From the NCBI GenBank assembly GCA_029258795.1, contig JAPDKB010000002.1, positions 172,192 through 236,191 on the forward strand: a stretch of 64,000 nucleotides of DNA. The letters run 5' to 3'. Shown here piece after piece: positions 18,655 through 28,544 of this stretch. This stretch comes from an archaeon (lineage in GTDB: Archaea > EX4484-52 > WAPT01). The position numbers and the translations under genes are program-made. Numbering within the stretch: the stretch's first letter is position 1; the number at the start of each line of letters is the position of its first letter. Below the pieces are notes generated by a model that worked only from the letters and a program-made list of their open reading frames with translations, was not told the DNA's origin and searched no databases.

Positions 18655-19407
18655 TCACTCAAGCTTTTTTAACAGCTTCCTTAAATTGAAATATTTTTTG
18701 TTTAACTTCTCGCTCTCTTTCTTGACCTCTATGAGCTTATCCTCGATTTCCCGCGCAACCTTCCCAACCTCATGTATTTCTTTCTTCTTTAGCGCTTTTG
18801 AGAGTTTTAGAATCACCTTGATTTCTTCTTCCAGTTTTTTCTTTTCTTTCTCGAACTCCTCTATCTCCTTTTCCATCCCTTCCAGAACTTCAGCTTTTTT
18901 CTTTATTATTTCGGAAACACTCTTTTCTTCTTTTTCCACTTCCTCCTCTTCCTTCACAACATTCTTCAGCTCTTTTTCAAGTTCAGCTTTCCTTTTCCTC
19001 AACTCTTCCAGCTCCCTCTCAACCTCTCTAACCTTCTCCAAGTCCTTATCCAGAACCTTCTCAAACTTCTCCATGACCTTTTTGAATTCCTTGATCCGTC
19101 TTTCCTTCGCTTTCAGCTCTTCCTTCAGAGTTCTTGCTTGTTTATTCACCCTCTCCCCAAGCTCCTTTACCTTCTTTTCACCCAGCTCTTCGGCTTCCTC
19201 AGAAAGGTAAAGATGGCACCTTCCCCTCGCATCATAATCGAGAACCATGAACCCCTCCCTGGCAAAAACCTTAGCCCACACTTCCACCGTCTTTTCAGGC
19301 ACATTGAGAATGGAAGCAGCAGATTCTATCGTTATGCCGGGATCATTTTTTACAAGCTCGATAAGCTTGTCAGCTTCCGTTTCAAGAAGCATGTTTTTAA
19401 ATTCCAT
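18655..19407 (-). CDS. Protein with N-terminal wHTH-like domain and long coiled coil
   Basis: ETEADKLIELVK...ESAASILNVPEKTVEVWAKVF HTH-like start, then E/K-rich heptads. Confidence 0.75.
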   Translation of the reverse strand: MEFKNMLLETEADKLIELVKNDPGITIESAASILNVPEKTVEVWAKVFAREGFMVLDYDARGRCHLYLSEEAEELGEKKVKELGERVNKQARTLKEELKAKERRIKEFKKVMEKFEKVLDKDLEKVREVERELEELRKRKAELEKELKNVVKEEEEVEKEEKSVSEIIKKKAEVLEGMEKEIEEFEKEKKKLEEEIKVILKLSKALKKKEIHEVGKVAREIEDKLIEVKKESEKLNKKYFNLRKLLKKLE

Positions 19408-19453
19408 GCCGACACCTCAACCTTTATATGAAGGCATGAATTAAAATATTTTT

Positions 19454-19888
19454 ATGTCTTCCGCAAATTTCCTTCATTTTCGCAAAAAATCGCAGTCCGC
19501 CACAGAATATCTTGTTGTGGTGAGCGTAGCGCTTGCACTCCTCTCTCCTCTTATCGTCATGGCTCAGCAAACCGTTTATGACCTCAACACCTCCATAAAT
19601 CTCATAGAGGCGAACAACGCTCTGACAAAGATAAAAAACGCTGCCGACAGGGTTTATGCTCAAGGGTATCCATCAAAGCTTAGCTTTATGGTTATCGTCC
19701 CAAACAGAATGGAGCGGATGTTCGTTGATGATCATGCGCTGATAATGGAACTTTCTTACAAGGATGCCCCATCCCATGTGGTTGAGTTCTTCGATTATGA
19801 TATTGTGCTGAGTGGAACTCCGGAAAAGGGGCTTAACAGGGTTACGGTGATGGCATACCAGAACTATGTGAATATAACTCTCGAATGA
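19454..19888 (+). CDS. Archaeal type IV pilin-like protein (class III signal peptide)
   Basis: RKKS/QSATEYLVVV: basic leader, +5 Glu, hydrophobic helix. Confidence 0.85.
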   Translation: MSSANFLHFRKKSQSATEYLVVVSVALALLSPLIVMAQQTVYDLNTSINLIEANNALTKIKNAADRVYAQGYPSKLSFMVIVPNRMERMFVDDHALIMELSYKDAPSHVVEFFDYDIVLSGTPEKGLNRVTVMAYQNYVNITLE

Positions 19889-20310
19889 TTTTGTTGGTGG
19901 ATCTCATGCACAGGAATGGTGGTAAGAGGAGAGCGCAGGTTAGCATAGAGTTTCTGATGGTCATTGCATTCATGATAATGGCATTCAGCGTTTACTTTGC
20001 CTATCTGTCAGAAAGGAGTTTAAAGTACGCGGACATTGAAAAGAAGAGCACAGCGGAGTCCATAGCACATTATGTTGCGGAAACCCTCGATTCCGCGCTG
20101 CTTGTAGGGGATGGTTTTTCGAGAGTCGTGGAGCTACCACCAACAATTAAGGGCGAGGACTACTCTATTAACATCACGAACGGGCTGGTTATAGTAAGCT
20201 TCAATGAATACGTGGTGTACAGCCCCACACTCGTTAAAAGTATTGTTGGCACCATCAAACCCGGTAAAAACACGATTTCAAATGTGGGAGGGGTGATTCA
20301 TGTTGAGTAG
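19885..20310 (+). CDS. Archaeal type IV pilin-like protein
   Basis: KRRA/QVSIEFLMV class III signal peptide; GDGFSR..ELP motif. Confidence 0.88.
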   Translation: MILLVDLMHRNGGKRRAQVSIEFLMVIAFMIMAFSVYFAYLSERSLKYADIEKKSTAESIAHYVAETLDSALLVGDGFSRVVELPPTIKGEDYSINITNGLVIVSFNEYVVYSPTLVKSIVGTIKPGKNTISNVGGVIHVE

Positions 20311-20839
20311 TGATGCCGGGAACAGTTCAACAAGAAAGGCGCAGGTACTGCTGGAGGACTTCGTGATAAGCCTCATGGTTTTCACGATGGTGGTGGCAGC
20401 TGGGTTTAAGATGTACTACGCATCACAGGAGAGAGAATCGTGGAGCACAGAGCTTGAGCTCGAGTGGCACACCACGATGGCAGCGCTGGATTATCTGATA
20501 AAGGGTCAGGGAGTTCCCGCTGACTGGAACTACACCAATGTGGAAAGGGTGGGGCTTGCTACCAGAAGCCATGTGGTATCTGTTAACAAGTTCCTCCAGC
20601 TGATGAATTTGAGTTACGAAGATGCGAGAGCCAAGCTTGGAGTGGGAGGTTATGACTACTATCTGACATTAAAATACCTAAACGACACCGTAATGGAATG
20701 GAATGGAGAACAGCTTTATTTTGGTATGTCTCCTCCTCCAGATGCAAGAACCCTGAATGCGGGCAGGAGGTACGTTTATGTTGTTTATCCGGATGGAAGC
20801 AAAACGATCGGTATGGTTGAGTTGGGTGTGTGGAGATGA
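20300..20839 (+). CDS. Minor pilin-like protein
   Basis: RKA/QVLLEDF signal peptide; G.P.DW...VGLA motif; ends in ELGVWR. Confidence 0.82.
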   Translation: MLSSDAGNSSTRKAQVLLEDFVISLMVFTMVVAAGFKMYYASQERESWSTELELEWHTTMAALDYLIKGQGVPADWNYTNVERVGLATRSHVVSVNKFLQLMNLSYEDARAKLGVGGYDYYLTLKYLNDTVMEWNGEQLYFGMSPPPDARTLNAGRRYVYVVYPDGSKTIGMVELGVWR

Positions 20840-22785
20840 GGAGCAAGGCGTTTTTCCTCACGATGGACGCGCTAATAGCAGCGATAATAATTGGGATAGG
20901 GGCAATACTTGTTGTGCAATCAGATGCGGGTGTGCAGAGCGTGACCTCTTATAGTTACGAGAAAGCTCACTATCTGGCTGAGGATGCCATGACGATTCTG
21001 AGTTTAACAAAGTTAAAAGACCTGAACAGTAGTGTGATCAATTATCTGCTTTCCAACACCAACCTCACTCAGGAAGATCTTGAGAAAAAAGTGCTGGAGT
21101 GCCTGACAATTTTATGGGCTTATAACGAGAGTGAATTTGCAAGGTATCTTGCAAGTGTGGTGCTTGATCCCATCCTCCAATCTTCAGAGTACAACTACTC
21201 CCTCTATATTCAGGACTCCTTGGGTCATAGACATCTGATTTATGGAAGCGATACACCCTCAACAGCAAAATTCGTGGTAGCGTCATCTCGCGTGCTCTCT
21301 GGATACAAAGAAAATGCTTTGCCTCGTGGCTATATGGCAAGAGCTTTTCTGAGAAATCTGGAGAGGAATGAGACGCTTGTTGTGCCGATAGAGCCGGAGG
21401 GGGGTGCCGAAGGTTTGGATTCAGCTCTCACGATCTCCAAACTCTTCAGACTCAATGCCTCAAAAGTTTACAACGCCACAGTGCATCTTGCTCTCCATAT
21501 GGATGAGATTAACTGGGGCACAAGCAGAGCATACTTTAATGGAGTTGATGTAACGTCCAGAATAAAAGAGGTCAAAAGAAGAACCGATAGCTCTGGAGTG
21601 GCGTGGTATGGAACGATCGACATTACCGACATACTAAATCAGAGTATAGCTAATGGAGACGTATGGCATAACTTCACTTTTAAAGTTATAGGTACTGGAA
21701 AGTATAACCTTCATGTACACCCAGGTAGCAGAATAGAGGTTACATACAGATCTGCAGAGTTGAAAGAAATAAGTGAGGTGGTGGAAGAGAGAAGATATCT
21801 GGACTCTGTGATCTCAGAACCCGACAGATGGGGAAGTGGAAGTGGAGTCTGGGTTTTTGTTCCAATAAACTTACCAAAAGATGCAGAAATTATCAACGCA
21901 ACTTTATACTTGCGGGTTTACAATGTAACTGATACCGGATATTGGTGGTTTTGGTGGTGGGTTGATAGAGTTGATGTTATAGTATATTTTGACGATCAAG
22001 TTATATATCAAGATTCTTCTCCTTCCTCAAATCCATACGAATTAAGGATCGATCTCACCTCATACATAGAGTCCACTAATACTACTCACATCGTTCTGGC
22101 GGAATTTAATTGCAGAGAAGAGTCGGATTCTTATTATGGCGACAGACCAATTAAATTATATTCAAATCCCGAACTTGATCCTTTAAACTCATCATATCTT
22201 TATCTTAAGTACCGGTACTCTCCCCTGAGCAAGTATAAATTTGGGTACGTAATGGCATCAGGCACTTTACCGCTAAAGAATCCTGTTGATGAGGAATTTG
22301 CATGGTTAAGATGGATTGATGTAAATTTCACGAACATAAATCTGTACTCGAGCTACGTCCACCCAGTGGAATTTTACAGCACAACCTTCACCGCCACCGT
22401 TGATGAAGTCGATGTCTTTGAATCTCCTACGACTAGAGCTGTGCCATCTTCTATCTATATTGATCCATCCTACTACTCTAAAACCACCACTTCACGCTTG
22501 GAGGTTCGCGAAGAAAATTCATGGAACGATTACATCCACAACAGTACAATTTTGAGCTTCGAGTTTTTCATTCCATCTCAGGTACCCTATGGAGAAGTTT
22601 TTGATACGCAGGAGGAAGCTGTTGAAGATGCGCGAAGCCGGCTACTTGATTTGCTCAGCCCTTACTGCGGAAAGTACATAAATTGCTCGCCATCCAACAT
22701 AGCCAACTCAAGCCAGAATTTACCCATAGCCAACATACCATCCATGTATGGCCCGGTCATAGCAAAGCTGGAGGTGTGGAGATGA
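20836..22785 (+). CDS. Large pilin-like adhesin (about 650 aa)
   Basis: SKA/FFLTMDALIA class III-like signal peptide; large beta-rich central region with N-glycosylation sequons; ends in KLEVWR. Confidence 0.8.
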   Translation: MRSKAFFLTMDALIAAIIIGIGAILVVQSDAGVQSVTSYSYEKAHYLAEDAMTILSLTKLKDLNSSVINYLLSNTNLTQEDLEKKVLECLTILWAYNESEFARYLASVVLDPILQSSEYNYSLYIQDSLGHRHLIYGSDTPSTAKFVVASSRVLSGYKENALPRGYMARAFLRNLERNETLVVPIEPEGGAEGLDSALTISKLFRLNASKVYNATVHLALHMDEINWGTSRAYFNGVDVTSRIKEVKRRTDSSGVAWYGTIDITDILNQSIANGDVWHNFTFKVIGTGKYNLHVHPGSRIEVTYRSAELKEISEVVEERRYLDSVISEPDRWGSGSGVWVFVPINLPKDAEIINATLYLRVYNVTDTGYWWFWWWVDRVDVIVYFDDQVIYQDSSPSSNPYELRIDLTSYIESTNTTHIVLAEFNCREESDSYYGDRPIKLYSNPELDPLNSSYLYLKYRYSPLSKYKFGYVMASGTLPLKNPVDEEFAWLRWIDVNFTNINLYSSYVHPVEFYSTTFTATVDEVDVFESPTTRAVPSSIYIDPSYYSKTTTSRLEVREENSWNDYIHNSTILSFEFFIPSQVPYGEVFDTQEEAVEDARSRLLDLLSPYCGKYINCSPSNIANSSQNLPIANIPSMYGPVIAKLEVWR

Positions 22786-23906
22786 AGAGCGGAAGGAAGG
22801 GCATCATCTATACTCTCTTCGCTATAGTTCTTATCTCCCTTTTAATGTTCTCGATAGCATTAAAAACAAAGCCCATCACAAGAGAAACCACCATAAACGA
22901 ACGTGCCAGAGTGGAGCAACTCCACTACTACGTGGAAGATGTAATGGCGGACATGGAAAGAGCAACGACAATATCGTTCAAGAGAGCGCTCGTGGCAATT
23001 ATAACTCAAGAGGTCTCGACCGGAAACTTTGTGAGTAATGTAACTGAGATAATTCCCGAAGTAACAGTTAATGGAACTCTTAACGGCACGGAGCTACCAT
23101 TTCTTCAGAATGAGACGCTTTCAGCATGGCAGGAAAAGATATCGACACTTCTTTCACGTTACCATTTTGTGCTCAATTCATCATCTAGCAATTTTGTAAT
23201 TGCTCTGAGTAATTACACAGAAGTAAAACTCAATATGAATTACAGCTTAAATATCCGCGACAACATCCTCCAAGCCAATTTGACGAAGCACAGCAACATG
23301 AGCACATCCATATCCATGGAAGGTGTGGAAGACCCATTCATAACGATCAACACCTTGGCCTACGTGCTCAACACTTTCAGAATGTGTCCTGCAATTGAAT
23401 CCTCAAGTTACAGCACATCAGATTTTTATGGTAAAGCTTACGTTGACATGTCAAGCACCGATTTTAGTCATGTTGGTGGAAAGGCATCCAAAGTTCTTGT
23501 TACAGATACGCTTGTGGGCAAATCAAATTACTCGGGTTTTGCTGGAGTGATAGTAGAAAATAACGAAATTCCGGCTGAATCAGTGGATTACGCTTCTGGC
23601 GTGAGTAATGCCGTATCCCTCATAAGGAACGCCAGTTATGTTATTAAACACGACTCGCTAATCTACCTTACAAATCTGACGGATGAGGACTGCACAAGTA
23701 ATGGAAACAGCTCATGTTATTTTCCCATGGATGGCGCGCCAACACTGCTTGACAGACTGGAAGGAAGAAATTACCACACCGCTATTTATGATCCAGCAGG
23801 AATTTTTGGCATAGGATCATACATCTGCAACTACAGGTTACCAGCAGAACTCAGAAAAAGCTCCAACCCCCTCGTACTGGATTATAAATACCTGCCTCTG
23901 TTGTGA
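22782..23906 (+). CDS. Pilin-like/pilus accessory protein
   Basis: True start ATG 22782 overlaps the previous stop; RKG/IIYTLFAIV signal peptide; EGVEDP and PTLLDRLEG motifs. Confidence 0.78.
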   Translation: MKSGRKGIIYTLFAIVLISLLMFSIALKTKPITRETTINERARVEQLHYYVEDVMADMERATTISFKRALVAIITQEVSTGNFVSNVTEIIPEVTVNGTLNGTELPFLQNETLSAWQEKISTLLSRYHFVLNSSSSNFVIALSNYTEVKLNMNYSLNIRDNILQANLTKHSNMSTSISMEGVEDPFITINTLAYVLNTFRMCPAIESSSYSTSDFYGKAYVDMSSTDFSHVGGKASKVLVTDTLVGKSNYSGFAGVIVENNEIPAESVDYASGVSNAVSLIRNASYVIKHDSLIYLTNLTDEDCTSNGNSSCYFPMDGAPTLLDRLEGRNYHTAIYDPAGIFGIGSYICNYRLPAELRKSSNPLVLDYKYLPLL

Positions 23907-23933
23907 AAAACCGGTTTTAGAATTAAAAAGCAG

Positions 23934-26900
23934 TTACTCGATCACCATGGGCGACTTATCCTTTAACTCAACAAGCCTGCCGTATAGCTTTCTTAACTTC
24001 TCCAGTTCAAATTTAAGCAAAGCATTCTCCTTTTCCAGAGCCCTCAATCTGGAGGCAAGAACACTCACCGCATCTTCATCCTCTTGCTCCTCTCTCTCCA
24101 CTTTCATAACCTCGGACGCCACACTTCTGAACTTACTTTCCAGATCCCTTTCAATCTTATCCATGATGATCGCGAATCTCCTCTCAACCTCATCTTCCAG
24201 CTTATCCAACCTATCGTTCACATAACTTTCCATCTTGTCAACTTTCAGCTCCTCCTCCTTGAAGTCCTCGAGAGCTTTTGACACCATAGCGTTTACTTCA
24301 TCAATAATTTCATCTCGCATCATTTTCAGGAAGTTGATTTCGCTCTGCATTTTTTGCAGATTTGAAGCTATCTGCTCCATTCTGGAGGAAAAACTATCAA
24401 TAGAGGATTTTATGAGATTGAACCTTTGCTCTACACTCTTTTCCATCATCATTTCCTTTTGTCTCAAATTTTCTATCTCACTCTGTTTTTCCTTTATCGC
24501 TGTCAGCGCATTCTCCATATCATTTACCGCTTTAATCAATTCCTCAATCACGCTCTTTATTTTTGCATCCGTAGACCCGGCAATTTCCTTGGGGAGGTTG
24601 GACATGCGACTTTCCAAGAACGAGATCTTATGTAAAAGCTCGGAATATTTCTTTTCCATGTTATTAATTTTAGCATCAAGTTCGGCTTCATCCTTTTTAA
24701 CTCCACCTTCAGCGAGAGCTCTTTCAAGTGCTGCGAGTTTCTTGTTTATTTCTGTGAGTCCCTTCTCCGCCTCTTCTTTAAACTTCGCAGATTCGTTAAC
24801 CTTCAACACCATCTTCCTCAACTCCTCCTGAAGGCTTGCAATTCTTTTATTTAATTGAGTATGTTCATCTTTATATTCTTTAAGAGACTCAAATTCCCTT
24901 CTCAACATTTGGTTTTCAGCTTGAAGTTTCGTAACGGCATCCTGTAAAGCTTTTATGGCATCTACATTTTCATCCAGCCTATCCACACTATCTTTCAGAT
25001 TGTCTAACTCCCTCACCTTAGATTTCATCTCGGAGAGCTCGTTAAGAATCGTTTCAACTTCATTCCTTACCTTCCCTATCTCCATTTCCATCAATTTCTG
25101 AGCACCACTCCCCGCATCCTCAATCTTGCTTTCCAGCATCTTTACAGCAACTCTTACCTCATCGATCTCCTCCTCAGCATCCTCTAACCTCTCCTTAAGC
25201 GATTTCAGCACTTTTTCAACATCACCCCTCTTTTCCTTTTCCAGAGTCTCAATTTTCATGGAGATGGAGTCCACATCCCTCCTTATACCTCTGACCTCGG
25301 TGTCCAGCAGATTAACATTCTTCAACATTTCTCCGTGTTCTTTCAGCTTTTCCCTGAGTTTTTCAATTTCCTCCTTGTCCTTTTTCTTTTCGATGTTCTT
25401 TTCGACATTCTCCATCCTTGTTTTTATTTCCTCAATTTTACGAGATAACAATTCAACATCTCTTTTAATAGGGTCAATTTCATCTCCAACTTCACTTTTT
25501 ATTTGCTCAAGTTCTTTCACATCCTTCTTTATGTTTTCCACAGCTTTCTCGACAACCTCGATCCGTTTCTTCATGCTTTCCATTCCAGCTGACAATTCCA
25601 CAACATCATTTTCAATTTCTTCAACAAGTGTGGAGGCTCGGGTTGATGTCTTTTCCACATCCTTGAACCTCTTTAGAACCTGTTTGTAGGATTTCACCAC
25701 ATGATTGGCATCCTGCTCAAGAATCTTCAGCTCGTCAAGCGCTCTTTCTAGTTCCTCAATTTTTCTTCTGAGCACTTCAAAATCACGGTTTTCCAATTTA
25801 TTAACTCTTCGAAAAACATTGTTTAATCCCGATTCAACACTTTCAACGGTTGAATGTATCTCATCAATATCTTTCTGAATTTTTGAAATTTTTTCTATGT
25901 TCTTTTTCATTTTATTAAGATTTTTCTCAACCTTTTCTGCTTTATCTTCGAAATTTTCACCCTTTTTCTCGTATTCCTCAAGTATTTTATTGAATTGTTC
26001 AACTTTTTTGGAAGCCTCGCGAATCTCTTTCCTGAGCGTTTCATAAGCATCCCAGAAATCATTCATCTTCTTCATCGCATCATTAAATTCCTTTTCAATA
26101 TGCTTCATTCTTTTTTCCATCTTCCCGATACTCGAGATATAATTCTCCAGTTCATCTATGCTGTGCTCAACTTCCTCGATACGTGATTTTAACCTCTCGT
26201 CCACCTTTTCCAGTTCCTCTTTACTTGCGTACTTTTCCTTTCTCAGCTCATCACCCAAGCCCTTGAGCGCGTCTTCAACAGCCATTAATCCAGCATCAAC
26301 GCGCGTGATCTCCCTTTCCAGTTCCTTGACTTTCCTGAAAACATCGTGTTCTTTACCGTGTACGCTTTCCTTCGATTGTTTTTCAATCTCTTCTATCCTC
26401 TTTTCAAGAACCTCTAGTTTGGGCTTCAGAGAAGATAAAGCGGCATCAACACGTTTTTGGAGTGCTTTCAGCTCTTCTTCCCCATGCTTTTCTTCCTTTT
26501 CATGCACGCTTTGCGAGATCTTACTTATATCCTCTTTAATCTTGAGAAAGTCCTTTTCCAGACTTTCCAGCTTACTCTCGAGTTTCTTTATTGTCTCTTT
26601 CTCTTCCCATTCTTCCTTTTTCGCCCCGGTAGGAGGTGATGTTTTTAATTTATTCAATTCCTGCTTGACATTCTCGAATTCCTTCCATATTCTCTTTTCC
26701 AGTTCCTCCAACCCTTTCGTATCTATTTGTTGTGGAGCAGCACTCCCACCTTTCAACTTACCTTCCAATAACTCTACCTTTAAAAGCAATTCCTTTTTTG
26801 TCTTCTCCATCTCGGACCTGAGAGCTTCAAGCGATGCCGATAAGTTTGCTAATTTTTCTTGATCAACGGATTTTGTTGCAGGTTGTGGTGCTGGGGTGGT

Positions 26901-27971
26901 AGCGCCGCTTGGTGGTTGGGTGGTTTGAGGTGATTGTGGGGATGGGAGTGTTTTCCTCACCATCTCGATCTCGGATTGTAATGAAGCTATCTTGGAAGTT
27001 AGCTCAGTCATCCTGGAACTTAGGCGAGTATACATATTTTTGAGCTCTTCAATTTGTCTTTGAGGCACCGCTGAAACTGCGGACGGTGGTTGTACAGTAG
27101 GTGTGGTGCTTGAAGCTGCTTTCGGAATCGAAGATGAAATCTTTGCAATATCACTAACCTTTCTTTCCAGCGCCTCCAGCCGTGACCTCAGCGCTGACAC
27201 CTCAACCTGAAGTTTAGTATCAACAGGCGCCGCAGGGGAAGAGGGGGTAACGGGCTTACCCGGAATCACTGTACCGGGTCTCAGTTTCAGAGCATTGACC
27301 TCCCTTTCCATGGCAGCAAGCCTTGCCTGCAGGGAGGTAAGCTGTGTTTTTATTGAGGTAATGAGAGCATCGGATGGTGCTGATGTTGGGGCAGTGGGTG
27401 ATGCTGCCGATGGAACCGCAGTTTTGTCAGCAGGTTTGGATGAGAGCTTTTGAATCTCCTGTTGAAATGCATCAATCCTTTTCTTTAGCTCTTCCAGGTC
27501 CTTAATTCGCACAGCTTCCTTTTCAACCTTTTCAAGCCTGCTTTTCAATTCTTCAACATTCTCGGTGAGTTTCTGGACTTCCTCAACATCAAGCTTTTCC
27601 AGAACATCCAGCTTTTTCAGGTTCTCCAGTGCAGAGAGTATGGCCTCAACGCTGTCCTGCATTTCCTTTATCTCATCCCGAAAAATCTCGATTTCTTCCG
27701 AGCCCTTCAACACGTCAAGCTTGAGCACGAGTTCATTGTTTTCCACATCATCCAACCGCTTCTCAATATCATCCAGCCGCTTGAGAAGTGTCTCAACTTT
27801 ACCCTTTTCGCTCTTTTGAGAAGCCTCTTTCTTTATATTCTCAAGCTCCTCATATAAGTTCTCCAGTTTCTGGTTAACATCCACACCGAGAAGCTCCATT
27901 TTGTTCTTGAGCTCTTCCAGTGAGTTTTCAACTTTTTTTATTCTTTTAGTGAGAACAGAATCATCACCCAT
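23934..27971 (-). CDS. Very long coiled-coil protein with Pro/Ser/Thr-rich linkers (about 1345 aa)
   Basis: Continuous E/K/L heptads; no Walker A, signal peptide or TM. Start placed at 27971 from a GGTGGG RBS and a TATA-like TTTATATA near 28020. Confidence 0.85.
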   Translation of the reverse strand: MGDDSVLTKRIKKVENSLEELKNKMELLGVDVNQKLENLYEELENIKKEASQKSEKGKVETLLKRLDDIEKRLDDVENNELVLKLDVLKGSEEIEIFRDEIKEMQDSVEAILSALENLKKLDVLEKLDVEEVQKLTENVEELKSRLEKVEKEAVRIKDLEELKKRIDAFQQEIQKLSSKPADKTAVPSAASPTAPTSAPSDALITSIKTQLTSLQARLAAMEREVNALKLRPGTVIPGKPVTPSSPAAPVDTKLQVEVSALRSRLEALERKVSDIAKISSSIPKAASSTTPTVQPPSAVSAVPQRQIEELKNMYTRLSSRMTELTSKIASLQSEIEMVRKTLPSPQSPQTTQPPSGATTPAPQPATKSVDQEKLANLSASLEALRSEMEKTKKELLLKVELLEGKLKGGSAAPQQIDTKGLEELEKRIWKEFENVKQELNKLKTSPPTGAKKEEWEEKETIKKLESKLESLEKDFLKIKEDISKISQSVHEKEEKHGEEELKALQKRVDAALSSLKPKLEVLEKRIEEIEKQSKESVHGKEHDVFRKVKELEREITRVDAGLMAVEDALKGLGDELRKEKYASKEELEKVDERLKSRIEEVEHSIDELENYISSIGKMEKRMKHIEKEFNDAMKKMNDFWDAYETLRKEIREASKKVEQFNKILEEYEKKGENFEDKAEKVEKNLNKMKKNIEKISKIQKDIDEIHSTVESVESGLNNVFRRVNKLENRDFEVLRRKIEELERALDELKILEQDANHVVKSYKQVLKRFKDVEKTSTRASTLVEEIENDVVELSAGMESMKKRIEVVEKAVENIKKDVKELEQIKSEVGDEIDPIKRDVELLSRKIEEIKTRMENVEKNIEKKKDKEEIEKLREKLKEHGEMLKNVNLLDTEVRGIRRDVDSISMKIETLEKEKRGDVEKVLKSLKERLEDAEEEIDEVRVAVKMLESKIEDAGSGAQKLMEMEIGKVRNEVETILNELSEMKSKVRELDNLKDSVDRLDENVDAIKALQDAVTKLQAENQMLRREFESLKEYKDEHTQLNKRIASLQEELRKMVLKVNESAKFKEEAEKGLTEINKKLAALERALAEGGVKKDEAELDAKINNMEKKYSELLHKISFLESRMSNLPKEIAGSTDAKIKSVIEELIKAVNDMENALTAIKEKQSEIENLRQKEMMMEKSVEQRFNLIKSSIDSFSSRMEQIASNLQKMQSEINFLKMMRDEIIDEVNAMVSKALEDFKEEELKVDKMESYVNDRLDKLEDEVERRFAIIMDKIERDLESKFRSVASEVMKVEREEQEDEDAVSVLASRLRALEKENALLKFELEKLRKLYGRLVELKDKSPMVIE

Positions 27972-28080
27972 AACCATCCCACCCATTAAAGCTTCAATTA
28001 AAAGTTTGAGAAAACCTGTATATAAAATTATACACATAGCGGATTAAATGGGGTGCGCCTGCTTTTTTCGCGTTTTCGTT

Positions 28081-28464
28081 TTATATAGCTTCAATTAACT
28101 TCAGCAAGCGTTCCGTCCTTTCTTTGAGATCCTCCGCAAACTTTTTCTTCAAATCATCAATATTTATTGCCTGGTAAACGTAGAATCTGCCTTTCTTGCC
28201 GCCAGTACAGCATCTCGCTTCCCTCTTAACGAATCCATCCTCATAAAGCTCAGCAAGAATTCTGCTCACCGTGGTTTTGTCCTTCCCCACAATGGATGAG
28301 AGCTCATCCACACACATACCTTTATCTTGCTTCATGAGTTCCAGAAGGCATGTTATCTCGGTATGGTTCAGGTTGTAGAATCTTTCCAGGAACTCAGATA
28401 AAGCATCATAATTAATACCTTTACTCTTTTTTTTCTGAGTTTTTCTTGTTGTTTTAGGTCCCAT
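28081..28464 (-). CDS. HTH transcriptional regulator (TrmB/COG3355-like)
   Basis: VDELSSIVGKDKTTVSRILAELYEDGFVKRE...GR.YVY wHTH pattern. Confidence 0.85.
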   Translation of the reverse strand: MGPKTTRKTQKKKSKGINYDALSEFLERFYNLNHTEITCLLELMKQDKGMCVDELSSIVGKDKTTVSRILAELYEDGFVKREARCCTGGKKGRFYVYQAINIDDLKKKFAEDLKERTERLLKLIEAI

Positions 28465-28544
28465 ACTTTAGCTTCTTTTTGAACATCTATTTAAAGTTTT
28501 TGTATGAAATTGTAGATATCTTACAAAAACAAAGGTGAGACTAC

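Noticed and set aside
18305-18672. ORF-track ORFs spanning tRNA-Cys (also 61333-61572 over tRNA-Ile)
   Set aside because: Explained by the tRNA genes and the real 30-aa ORF in another frame
18524-19210. Long antisense ORFs rich in S/F/L (also 24235-26862 and 42600-43564)
   Set aside because: Shadows of E/K-rich coiled-coil genes on the opposite strand
23934-28037. SMC/Rad50 assignment for the long coiled-coil protein
   Set aside because: No Walker A/B, ABC signature, hinge or Zn-hook motif
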